From assembly GCA_965644495.1 (NCBI GenBank), contig CBFFSA010000001.1, positions 620,001-684,000 on the forward strand: DNA of 64,000 nt. Direction: 5' to 3'. The DNA comes from Perkinsela sp. CCAP 1560/9 (taxonomy: Eukaryota > Protista > Euglenozoa: Kinetoplastea). A program made the translations under genes and the position numbers. Each line of letters begins with the position of its first letter. Position 1 is the stretch's first letter. Below are positions 54,701 through 64,000 of the stretch, in pieces. The notes below the pieces were generated by a model. The model made no database searches. It saw only the letters and a list, made by a program, of their open reading frames with translations, and was not told the origin of the DNA.

Positions 54701-57700
54701 AGCACTGTCGGGCTCCGACAATTCTGCGTATATACTTTGCAGCAGAACCAAGTCTTCCGGTGCACACACGCCACTGCCGAATATGGGAAATAAAGAAGTA
54801 TTATCCAAAGCTAAAGGTTTCGAAACCTCGTTTCTTGTGTGCAATTCGGCATACCGGAGGGAGCGGGCAAAAGCTCCCACAGTATATGCAGCTTTGATGC
54901 AAAGTTTCATTGGGATACATTTTCTAAAATCTGACACACGTCTCAGATGCACATTTGTTGTATTAGTAGTGGCGGAGTCTTCCGGACCCTTACTACGACG
55001 AGATTCTGCTCTAATGTATCCGCGCTGCTGATCACACCACTTATCGAGTCCATCTAGCAATGAAAAAACAAATTGTGTATGCTCCGCAGCAATCCTCGAA
55101 TTTTCCAAAATGGCAAGTATCTCAGTTGCTATTCCTGATCTGTCTTCATCAGTTCCCAATAAAAGGAGGCAATGAACGACATATGGAATAGCAAAAGCGC
55201 TTAATTTTACGTCGCGTTTGGCCACGTTTCTTAAGGCTTGAAACACACCCGCCTGAAGATTTTCAGCTCTCGAACTGATGTTCGTGTACCATAATCTTAC
55301 CCAATTACTGTAGCTCATATCCCTAGTATATTCCGGAACTTTGCGGTCTCGAATTAGCATGACCTTAACCTCATAGCTGGTGTGTACAAAACCCTGTATT
55401 ACTTCCTTTACATGAGTCGGCAACGTGTTCCACCAGGCGCTCTTGCCCTCGTGAAGATCCTTCAAAAGTATTTTTCGATCCTCGCAGCACGTACGAATTA
55501 ATGTTTGAATCGCAAAGGCAGCCCTATCGTGCATTTTCGTATCTGAAACTGTATGTAGCGAGCAAATCAAAAAATGTTCGATCGTATAGGCAGCGAACAC
55601 TTTCCAGCTCAATAAATTTTCTATGATAGTCGCTTTCTCTTCCCCTAAATGCGGGGACAAAAGGCTGGGAGCGATGGCTCCAATATATCCAAGACACGCG
55701 GCAGCGTGCTGTGCTATGGACGTGTGATCCCGGACAGCCACGAGAAGCTCTCGCTGAAAGCCTTCTAATTTTGAAGGAGAAATTTTTCGTATCGCACCAA
55801 TGTGCATAGATAAAAACAACCTCATTTTTTTGATGTACAGAAAACGGCATTTGAGTGAATCGCTTTTGAGTGCTTCTGTGCAGAATCTAAATCGTCGCTG
55901 AAGGCTCACCGGGTCAAGTGATTCAGGTGAACTTTTTTTCTCATGTAAATTTGTCTTGCGAAAAGCATCGTATTCAGGAAAAAAGTCCTCTGTTTCGCGC
56001 AAAATATCTGCATTCCTTTCCGACAAAATGGATTGGAGGATCTCAAGTAGATTTTTTCTATAGGGCGCGTCTTCTAAACATGTTCTGGCTCCAGCAAATT
56101 CGAACGTCTCCACCAAAAGTTCGCGCCAATGTATTTTCATGTAGCTTTCGGGTAGAGTTCGCATGAAATCTCTCCAAAATACAACAAGCTCAGGATAAAA
56201 ACTTTCCAAGAATTCGGAAGGATTCAAAAGGCGAATCTTTTGTGCAACAATAACGATTCGCTCTCCTAGTATATGTATTAATATTCGAAGAGCATTGATC
56301 CCGCTTCTTAAATCATATGTACTATGTCCTTCGCGAAGAACTTCTGTATTTTCTTTACCGACCTGAAGCCTCCCACAAACAATGTCGAGCAAACCGAAAA
56401 TATGACTTGCGACAAATTCACGAATTGAGAGAGAAACGGTCTCTGTATCCCCGATAGGATTCCATCGAGATTCCAAACGTTTTATGTTCATGTCACATGT
56501 CTTGAGTTTGAGCAGCTTTGCAATACTAAGTGTAGTAGTGCGCAGTGTAGTCTTAAGTTCTTGATCATGTATTTCCGAAGATGACATAAGAATTTTTTGG
56601 GTGATCTGTTTCTCGTTTCTCTCAAAATAATGTGAACCTGTTCTACCTTTCAGAATGTCTTCAACAAAAAACGCGAGCATGCTCGCATTTTTGGCATAAT
56701 CAGAAAATTCACTTACCAGCAGAGCAGCAGCTATCGCAGCGAACTCTTTTTCGCAAATTTCTGATACAGGAATGTTTATGCGCTTGCAAAAGTAATCCAG
56801 CAACTCTACGTCCCTTTGTGAAATTAATATCGGAATCAAAGCATGGGCGGACTCAGCAAGCAACTCTGGTAAGTCTTTCTCTAAAACTGTCTCTAAAACG
56901 TATTCTACATCCGTAGACTGCTTGTCTTTCCACGAATCACGTAAAAGCGACAATAAACCTTGCGGAGACCGCATGCATAAGTGAAATATTGAAGATTTGT
57001 GCTGTTCAGCAATCGAACGGAGCGCCTCGAAGCTCTTAAACCGCGGCACCCCGCATGTGCGAGCAGCAAGACGAATGAAATAATCTATAACTGAGGAAGT
57101 AGATCTCCTGCTCTGTCCAGCTGCACATTTGACTAGCAATGGGAATAAAAAGCTTCGTTCTTCGCATTGCCCAGCAACAGAAAAAATGTCTTCCAACACA
57201 TTTTCAAAGTCTATATCATGTGATTCCATGCACATAATACACGATACTGCTGCGTCACGAATTTTTTTATCAGCGTGCTTCAGGAACGGGAATACAGATG
57301 CGTACGATGACCAAAACTTACTACCCCACTTCCTGTACAAACGTTTCGCAAAGTTTAAGAAACACTCTATTATAGTTAAGTCTTCGTACTCTATTTCACT
57401 CGCAATTGAAATAAAAAATCTCGCCAAGTTACAATCATGCTCTTCTGACTCCCCATAGCTCATACTGATCGATGAATATTCAGTTGCTTTTCTGCAGGTA
57501 TTCAACTGAGCGTCCTCGGCAGCCTTACTTCCATCAGTGGTAAAGAAATTTATTGAACACGTCGGGCATCCTACACATTGCACCAAACTTTGGAGGAAAT
57601 CCACTTTCACATCGACAACTTGAATTTTGTACCATTTCGTAAATGCGTCGGTCGAAAGTAATTTATGGCGAAGGGCACTCACTAGGAATCTAATATTCCT

Positions 57701-60289
57701 TCTGGGATGCTCAAAACAAAAATTAAGAATTCGTGAGACATCCTTTTTTTGCTTTAGAGTAATACATGTACTCACTCTTATCCCTTGAATTACCATCCAA
57801 TTATTCTCGTCTGCTGTCGATTTTTCGATTTCGCACAAAGAAAGCAAGAAATTGATCATATCTAATGCGAAATTAGAGCATGTGCTCGCATTTTCCCCTG
57901 ATCGTATACGTTTGTGCGGAGATTTTCCATAAAATGGTTTTTCTCGTGCGAGCAAAATCTCACAAAAATACCAAGCTGCGTCAAACAATCGATATCCGTC
58001 GGAGTGAGTAATAAACATTTGAAGATGCTTCATAATATGGTTTAAGGGAACAGTGGAATCCTCCGGAAAGTTTTCCGGCTCCGATTGCATGCATATACTT
58101 GCATAAGTAGCGAATGAACCCAAGAGTACGGGAATACATGACTCGTCATTTGATAACTCCGAGTTTTTCCATGATTCGCCTCTCTGAAGAATTGTCCGTA
58201 TGGTGGCTCGCATTTCTTCATCATCTGTCAGGGATCGCATGTAGCACCACTGATGCGCATGAAAAAAACAGTGCAGATAGCAATCAAAGAGGGATTTAGA
58301 GGTTCTCCATACAACCTCGACCGACGGCATGTGCACCAGTGATGTGAGAAGGACTCTGCAAAAAAAATAATTGTTGCGAGGCGAATTGTCGAATTTTGCA
58401 CCAGATAATAAGCTAAACGTTTCACAGTTCCCATGACCACTAGGTAATACAAGCATGAAAATTTCTTCAAGAAGAGGAGCTGTGTAAGCTAATATGCTCT
58501 CAGAGAACAAGACTGACCAATACCCTTCATGGGTATGAATCCATTCTAAAAAATCCAGCAAACATGCACTTTGACGGTTAGTCGAATCGGACACTGACTC
58601 AGAACTCCTATGCTGAAATATTGAGGTTCTCGTCTTTTCAAACAATGAAACCAGCAACTGTACATTGGCTTTGATGAAATCACTGTAGAAAATATTATTC
58701 GATTCCGCTGGAGTACGCTTTATTTCTGCGCCAGGCTCTTGGATACAACTTTTCACTGAATCGTGGTCCGCAGTATCTCTTTCAATCGAGATAGACGAAG
58801 AAAACGAGGTTTCACTTATCGCGCAGCGAATCGAAGAAAGAGTTGCTTGTACAATTTCCAGAAAGTGTGAGACGCAAATCACATGCTTTTGGAGGCAGCA
58901 GTCAATTATTGAAGCTGCTGCGCTTTCGGTCTGCAAGAGCTTTAATAAAATTGAGATCATTTCTGCAGGACACAAAATCAAAATGCCTCTTTCAATAGAT
59001 TCTTCTACAATATTTTTAATCAACTCAAATCTTGATTTTCTCTCCTCCACGAAACGCTCGTTCCTAAGGCACAATAGGCTTGTTCGTCGAATTTGGGCAT
59101 CCAGGTAAGCCTGTTGATATACGCCTTCGAGATAGTTCGGAATATATTTTCGAAAGAAAGTCGAGGTTATCTCCAAGGAACGCTCATTGGTTCGTAACAA
59201 GATCTCGACAACGACGGAAACTAGAGTTTCTTGATAACGACGCTGATTTAAAAAAGATTGAGGTAGGCTTAACAAGGCCTCCAACAAGTGGTAAATTTCC
59301 GTGCTACCCAGCCGAACAAAAAGAATTCCTGTGTGTGGTGCGGTAAGAAGTGATCGCAAAAGTCTAAGAACTATGTAAGCATGTTGTGGTGTTTTGGAAC
59401 AGCATTCGCTTCCCCATGCCGGCCTTACATTCCGAAGCATGTCGATGATTTCTTCTCTAGAAACAACAGGAATCTTTGTGGGTTTTGCGAGTCGTTCATT
59501 CCATTGCTCTATGGTTTTCATTACTGAAAAAAGAAAGTCGGGTAGATGCTCTTTGTTCCTTGAGCGCTCCCCGATATAAATTGAAGCATTTCGCGAAACA
59601 GGTTTAGCTATCACGTCTTTAGATGGGCGGGAAGTATGCTGATAGTCCTTGTCCTGTTTGCTTATTTGGCTTGCGTTGTTCTCTGTAGTTGGGTACATCT
59701 GCTTTGCTACGATATTTTGATCTGGAGACAAGGCTCCGACACGAGGGACCAGGGGCACAACGGGATCAAGTTCATCTTCTTGTGGGCTCTTCGAGTAAAT
59801 ATCAGACGCCCTATTTCGTTTCTTATCTATGCTGCCGACCGTCTCCTGCATATCAGAATTAAAGGAATCCCGTCCAGTAGTCGATATTAGCCTTGTATTC
59901 CTGGATGGGTTATGTATCACAGGTGCAGCTGATAATGCACTGCCAGTATTCTCGTAGGTTGCTTTTCGAGCTATAGTCTTTCTTGACTCATAAGTGGAAG
60001 CAGTGTCTTTCTTTCCCTCGCTGGTTGGATAAGGATGCTTGAATGAAACGATAGGTTGACAGGGGTGGTTTACATTCGTAGTGGAAAATACATTACGCGG
60101 TTGCGCCATGCTTGAGGTCTCCTTGCGGGATTTTAAGGAAGAGTTGTGAGCTGGAATATTTGCTGCACCTGGGACCAGTTTGGGTGCATGGGATTTTTCT
60201 GAAATATTTTTCACTGAGTCATCCGCCCAGAGTTTAGGGAAATCGTTTGGCAGCGCAGCTCTGGGTGCAGGCGTATGTGATTTAGACAT
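51737..60289 (-). CDS. ATR: ATR-type PIKK kinase
   Basis: HEAT region, FAT, SLQKPKRI, KDSRMME, GHIVGLGDRHGEN, HVDFACLF, PERVRFRLT, FATC ending WWMPWL; exact start uncertain. Confidence 0.93.
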   Translation of the reverse strand: MSKSHTPAPRAALPNDFPKLWADDSVKNISEKSHAPKLVPGAANIPAHNSSLKSRKETSSMAQPRNVFSTTNVNHPCQPIVSFKHPYPTSEGKKDTASTYESRKTIARKATYENTGSALSAAPVIHNPSRNTRLISTTGRDSFNSDMQETVGSIDKKRNRASDIYSKSPQEDELDPVVPLVPRVGALSPDQNIVAKQMYPTTENNASQISKQDKDYQHTSRPSKDVIAKPVSRNASIYIGERSRNKEHLPDFLFSVMKTIEQWNERLAKPTKIPVVSREEIIDMLRNVRPAWGSECCSKTPQHAYIVLRLLRSLLTAPHTGILFVRLGSTEIYHLLEALLSLPQSFLNQRRYQETLVSVVVEILLRTNERSLEITSTFFRKYIPNYLEGVYQQAYLDAQIRRTSLLCLRNERFVEERKSRFELIKNIVEESIERGILILCPAEMISILLKLLQTESAAASIIDCCLQKHVICVSHFLEIVQATLSSIRCAISETSFSSSISIERDTADHDSVKSCIQEPGAEIKRTPAESNNIFYSDFIKANVQLLVSLFEKTRTSIFQHRSSESVSDSTNRQSACLLDFLEWIHTHEGYWSVLFSESILAYTAPLLEEIFMLVLPSGHGNCETFSLLSGAKFDNSPRNNYFFCRVLLTSLVHMPSVEVVWRTSKSLFDCYLHCFFHAHQWCYMRSLTDDEEMRATIRTILQRGESWKNSELSNDESCIPVLLGSFATYASICMQSEPENFPEDSTVPLNHIMKHLQMFITHSDGYRLFDAAWYFCEILLAREKPFYGKSPHKRIRSGENASTCSNFALDMINFLLSLCEIEKSTADENNWMVIQGIRVSTCITLKQKKDVSRILNFCFEHPRRNIRFLVSALRHKLLSTDAFTKWYKIQVVDVKVDFLQSLVQCVGCPTCSINFFTTDGSKAAEDAQLNTCRKATEYSSISMSYGESEEHDCNLARFFISIASEIEYEDLTIIECFLNFAKRLYRKWGSKFWSSYASVFPFLKHADKKIRDAAVSCIMCMESHDIDFENVLEDIFSVAGQCEERSFLFPLLVKCAAGQSRRSTSSVIDYFIRLAARTCGVPRFKSFEALRSIAEQHKSSIFHLCMRSPQGLLSLLRDSWKDKQSTDVEYVLETVLEKDLPELLAESAHALIPILISQRDVELLDYFCKRINIPVSEICEKEFAAIAAALLVSEFSDYAKNASMLAFFVEDILKGRTGSHYFERNEKQITQKILMSSSEIHDQELKTTLRTTTLSIAKLLKLKTCDMNIKRLESRWNPIGDTETVSLSIREFVASHIFGLLDIVCGRLQVGKENTEVLREGHSTYDLRSGINALRILIHILGERIVIVAQKIRLLNPSEFLESFYPELVVFWRDFMRTLPESYMKIHWRELLVETFEFAGARTCLEDAPYRKNLLEILQSILSERNADILRETEDFFPEYDAFRKTNLHEKKSSPESLDPVSLQRRFRFCTEALKSDSLKCRFLYIKKMRLFLSMHIGAIRKISPSKLEGFQRELLVAVRDHTSIAQHAAACLGYIGAIAPSLLSPHLGEEKATIIENLLSWKVFAAYTIEHFLICSLHTVSDTKMHDRAAFAIQTLIRTCCEDRKILLKDLHEGKSAWWNTLPTHVKEVIQGFVHTSYEVKVMLIRDRKVPEYTRDMSYSNWVRLWYTNISSRAENLQAGVFQALRNVAKRDVKLSAFAIPYVVHCLLLLGTDEDRSGIATEILAILENSRIAAEHTQFVFSLLDGLDKWCDQQRGYIRAESRRSKGPEDSATTNTTNVHLRRVSDFRKCIPMKLCIKAAYTVGAFARSLRYAELHTRNEVSKPLALDNTSLFPIFGSGVCAPEDLVLLQSIYAELSEPDSASGVTVLKELIYEKDNILDNETQGLWNESLRNSELCLQQDPTNPEYQLSVLKSLKNLGQLQIMRSLAESFSRSSHDSRNNTLIKDYSVQGAWRLSQWECIPIDNSAHTYDIGVGKVLSSMHLSLRSQQTQEKQCFLNSVHSEVNRTRKELIPSLAAASNESYERSYPLLLQLHSLGDLEFVAHEIKEASLGKRDVRSDILINYFAIGRNTVDPTPPSLEVVSSLHRTICNMLARYEDAADTWAEYSQVLRKFDMCPSALAAIMQAEFSSLKNKERFSLLHAKILFHQGEQLRALSLLENTTRKHSPDPNVSSELKSKWMLKTLQWNILTNQKTPSEIQSLFDNLIEHSATEKSYAELGDFLENIYANARAQLEAKHSVSGASIEEVEKSHLLLIEKFLPRILSVYGQALGCGHSTVYRTLPKFLSRWLDATSLLDMHVSRLGTNQKRNAALAEKILLVLHKEVDAIIASVPPYVFMTAISQLVSRVGHRNADSVLRIKQILMHCLMAYPRPSLWYIYFVTNSTNGSEGLKRAKVVREVLDEVSRKSIALKGLIGKMGELVRGLISIASQPISGRAERTVPLRKISGFNVKFPTEVLLPTQEMLSIRLPTTITDFGTPSRNSYSSYDRKQQVQENITCIECFPQEVTIQGICEDIQVIMSLQKPKRIALKGSNGYTYHFLCKARDETRKDSRMMEYSSMINRLTKKNAQLRRRRIHVRTFAVLPVSDDCGIIEWVNKLVTLRAAADAMYQREGLGLSTNQLKALKDRAESASRSVYRLYTEDVLPNFPPLLHKWFMLTFLDPGHWFSARLAFTRCAATFSMVGHIVGLGDRHGENLMLDQVTGECLHVDFACLFDKGETLEVPERVRFRLTPNMVDAMGITGVEGVFRRSCELTLRLQQDNRDTLMGILESFIHDPLVEWSRAVKHSHDRMDSRHMLRRVDRRFMGYPDLYGEACTHSLNVEGVVQKLIGSSCNVDNLSKMYFWWMPWL

Positions 60290-61180
60290 AATCTAACAAA
60301 AAGATATAGTATAAATTTGTTGTGCTAGGCACTTTAATGCTATACGTTTATGCTGGTATACTGATGACATCAAGTGCATGAAGTTTCCTTTACTCTGTTT
60401 ATGTAAGCCACATTTCCGGTTAGTTATATACCCCCCCCGGTGTGTTATCAAGATATACAATGTAGGTACTATACCCCCCCTACTTAGAGGGTTGAAACCT
60501 ATGAAAGGCAAAAGCTGGCAAAACCCGCATATTCCTCATTGAGGTGGCGAAGATAGTACTTTGTCAAAATTAGTGAAGAACATACTTGGTCTTCATCGTG
60601 CGCTGCAAAACATTTTTTGCGCCACAAAAAATGAAAATTGTGAAAAAAATATTTTTCTAAATAAACCCCCAGAAAGGGTAGCCGAGGTCTTGGCGCACAT
60701 TTTCCACCCGCGTACTCGGGGACGACTCCCCCTGGTATCAACAGGACGGGGCCGCCAAGTTCGGTTTTTTCTGAAAAGAAAATTGAAAAAGTCAACTTGG
60801 TGAAAAACTTGGCTTAAAAAACAGTTTTTCAAAATCATATCACTTGTAGTAGTTTGAGAGTTTGAGACTTATACAGTCAGCAAAAAAACTTATATATAGT
60901 CAGCAAAAAAACCGTTCGAATGTTTCGTTTTTATTTCTTTTGTATAGAGCTATTGATTAAATATCACCGTTGCGCTGGTAATGTGTGCTAGTAGTGTAGG
61001 CATGAGTGTCACCTAATAGTACCCGTAGATAGCTCACCTCAGTTCGTTCTACCAAAGAAATAAGAATGAATATAAAAAAGTTTAGCATTCGAAAGGTTTT
61101 TTTGCTACCTATTATAGAGAAAATCTTGTCCCAAAAAATAGATGAAACGTAATCGCCCAAGAGAGATTATGCCCCTAAAA

Positions 61181-62190
61181 TTAGTATTTAGTATTCCCCC
61201 CACGAGCCTTCAGCACTGCCTTCATACGGGCAGGCATACTGTCCACCTGGGCACACATACTGAGGGTGGTATGTTCGCCCATTCCATTTTTACCCTCTCC
61301 CACAACTCTCGGACCCCGCTTGGTGGATCATCGTGCGCTGCAAGGCGCCGCTTGAGTTCCCCCCAAACGTTTTCGATTGGATTTAAGTCAGGGGACTGCG
61401 GGGGCCACCGCATGACTTCAAACCCGGTACCCCGGAGGTGCCGTTGCGCACAATGGCTTGTGTGCTTGGGGTCATTATCTTGTTGGAAGATGACCATTGG
61501 GGGGTCTAGACCCATAGTTTCGATGGAGGGGGCAAGATTCTCTTCAAGAATCTCGACGTACTGTGTGGCGTTCAGGTTCCCTTGAACTAGACGCACATGC
61601 CCCACACCGCTTCGGGACATGCACGCCCAAATCATGATGTGCCCCCCTCCGTACTTTACCGTGGGAATTACCCCTTTTTCACCCAGTTCCTCCCCCGGGG
61701 TCCCCCATGTCCAAAGAATTCCCCCCGTTTCAAAGCGCGAGATCTTCGTCTCGTCCGACCATACAACTGGAGCCCAGTCGTGCACTGTCCAGTGCTCATG
61801 GGCCGTGGCAAAGTCCATCCGAAGCTTGCGATGGCGCTTGGACAGGTAGGGCTTGCGGACACGCTTTCTACCTTTGTGTCCGAAGCGGTGCATCGAAACT
61901 CGGATAGACTGAGGAACAACATCAGCAACGCCCTTGCGGCGCAGCTGAGATGATACCTCTCGCGCAGAATTTCCGGAGAACACAAGTCGTCGCACACGGC
62001 GTGTGCACGGCTCGGAAAGCTTTCGAGGGCGTCCACCCTGCATCCTGAGAGTATCAGGCCTTTCTTTCTTTAATATCATAGAAATTGTTGAGATACTTAA
62101 ATTTACAGTATCAGAGATGGACCTCATAGACACACCGCTGTCGTAGAGCTCTGCAATTTGTTTCCTTACGTAACGTGGTGTGGGCCTCAT
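61181..62190 (-). mobile_element. Tc1-family transposase with frameshift near the C-terminus
   Basis: HTH, GRPRK, WSDETK, FQQDNDPKH, SPDLNPIENVW; tail VDSMPARMKAVLKARGGNTKY is in another frame from ~61250. Confidence 0.93.
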
Positions 62191-63305
62191 ATAGAGTGCA
62201 AAATGTAACAGTGTAAGATAAACAATGTAATAGTGTAAGATAAACTCTATAACCTAAAATTCTTCTTACCTAAAATTCTTATTTTCTATGAGGCCCACAC
62301 CACGCTGAGTTCTGGCGGATGACTCAGTGTACTAGCTTTCTACGACGTTGTTTTCACAAGATACCCCTTCTTGAAGCCGTGACACGTCTCCCAAAATGAC
62401 GCCCCCAAAAGTAGGTGTCCTGGCAAAACCTGGCAAAACCCGGCAAAAATTAACAGGTTTCAACCCTCTTAATTGTCACCGCTTTTTGGAGAAAAGGGGC
62501 AAATAACTAGGGGGGTTGGATGTGTGACGAAAAACTAGGGGGGGGCGTTCGGTAGATGACAAATAACTAGGGGGTTGGTGTCGTTGGGCGCGATCAAAAT
62601 ATAAACATTTTGGGTGCAGACAAAATACTTTCTTTGGACCAGTTTTCTGAATAATACCCTCGTTTCCTCTTGTACATTCGAAAAATAGAGAGCCTAACTG
62701 CGCAGTCCCTTTCAAAACTTTGTGTATTCAATCCTTCTGCGACGTACGAAGAGTGACTCATTTCCCTTGTGTGGTATACCTGGTGGGTATACCTTGAGAC
62801 TTCCCCTTGAGGACCACTGGGTGTGGCTCTGCCTCGTCTTATCGCGAGGCAGCGGTCGGTTGCAGTGCGCCCGTCCGGCTCCATAAAGAGAGGCGAGTTG
62901 CCTGGACCTCTCTACCGACAGAGTCCATGGGACAAAAAGCCGTGGGACGAGGGATGTATGTTACTGTAAGTGTTGCGGGCCAGAAGAACATACCCCCCGG
63001 TATGTTATCCAATGTATAGGTATGTTAACCGGGAATGTGGTTTATTATAGAAAAAATAATAGGAAAAATATTCTGCAATATTTGGGTTCGAGACCCGATC
63101 CTCGACGCTACTCTAGAAGGGGGCATCTTTTTTGCAAATGTTTATTCTTCGAAATTCAGCCCAGGGAAGTAATAGACTGTTGCTGCGACGATTTTCCGCT
63201 CATCCAAGGAGAGGCTTTAATGTGCTATGGGATCACACGTCCGCTTCTGGTGAGGTTCAATAGTTCCGGAGTAGCCCCCATATCCGACAAATACCACCCT
63301 CCATA

Positions 63306-64000
63306 CAGTGATGGGCAACGATATGTACCCCCCCCTACAGGTCTTGTATTTTGTCCGGTTTTGGAGATATTTGGTGTACCACCGTTTTTCGACCCAATCG
63401 TTCCGAATCCGAGGTCCTTTTCACTCGTGGAAAGCTGGTTCATATCGAAACCTCGAAAAAATGAGGAAAAAAACATGATTTTTCCAGAACACCCATATTG
63501 GGTCATTTTTTTTCTTTTTTTCGCTTTTAGATGACGAAACGACATCGTCCCGCGTGTCTTCCTTCACAACGCGTACGTCGTGAGATGCGCACGGCTTTAA
63601 TAGTCGATTATCAGCGTCTAAAGACATACAAAGCGGTCGCTAGGCTACATAAACTTAGCCCACGGACGGTAAGATACTGGGTTACCCACTTTGAAAACAG
63701 AGGTCACGTCGAAACCCCTCCGAGAAAAAGTAGAAACCCTAAGCTTACCATTAGATACCGTAAAGCTTGCGTTGCTACATGCAAGCTAATAGAAAAAGAC
63801 ACTGATGAGGGGTGTCCTACCTTTACGGAGATACACCGACAGGTGTCTCAATCTCACAGTGTATCTTTGAGAACCATGCGACGAGCCCTTTTTCTAGAGG
63901 GCCATGGACGCCTGCGCAAGGCTAAAAACCTTGGTCTTACTCGACGCCACATCCAACTGCGTCTTGAATATGTAAACAACATGCTCATGTGGAGCGACGC
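63306..64000 (+). mobile_element. Tc1-family element, left end and transposase N-terminus (runs off window)
   Basis: TA-CAGTGATGGG terminus; open frame from ATG 63531: HTH..VSLRTMRRAL..LTRRHIQLRLEY..W. Confidence 0.8.

Overview
Eukaryotic, apparently intron-less kinetoplastid DNA. The spliced-leader (SL) RNA genes, trypanosome-type 5S rRNA, one-strand gene cluster and LRR family suggest a Perkinsela/Prokinetoplastina-like organism (inference). About 21 host genes all lie on the minus strand, as in a polycistronic cluster: mt EF-G2, LRR proteins, RNase H2A, URB1, CstF-64, AHA1, MPP-alpha, PanK, GDP-mannose pyrophosphorylase, RBX1, ATR and others. They are interspersed with Tc1/mariner elements and MITEs. 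A ~36.6-47.3 kb island holds an IS30-like relic, a DIRS-like RT relic, a PIF/Harbinger-like element, two tandem SL RNA genes, a 5S rRNA gene, a foldback-like element and a 5'-truncated RLE-type non-LTR retrotransposon. Most notable: (1) each SL RNA gene has a divergent tRNA-like A-box/B-box module ~100 bp upstream, the layout trypanosomes use for Pol III U snRNA genes rather than their Pol II SL genes; (2) four genes encode 16 copies of a C-x2-H-x3-R...C-x5-C putative zinc finger I cannot assign to a family, three with mitochondrial-type N-termini; (3) recurrent intragenic C-rich to G-rich skew-switch islands; (4) a PanK with no in-frame AUG before its first catalytic motif. All calls are by eye; no database searches were run.
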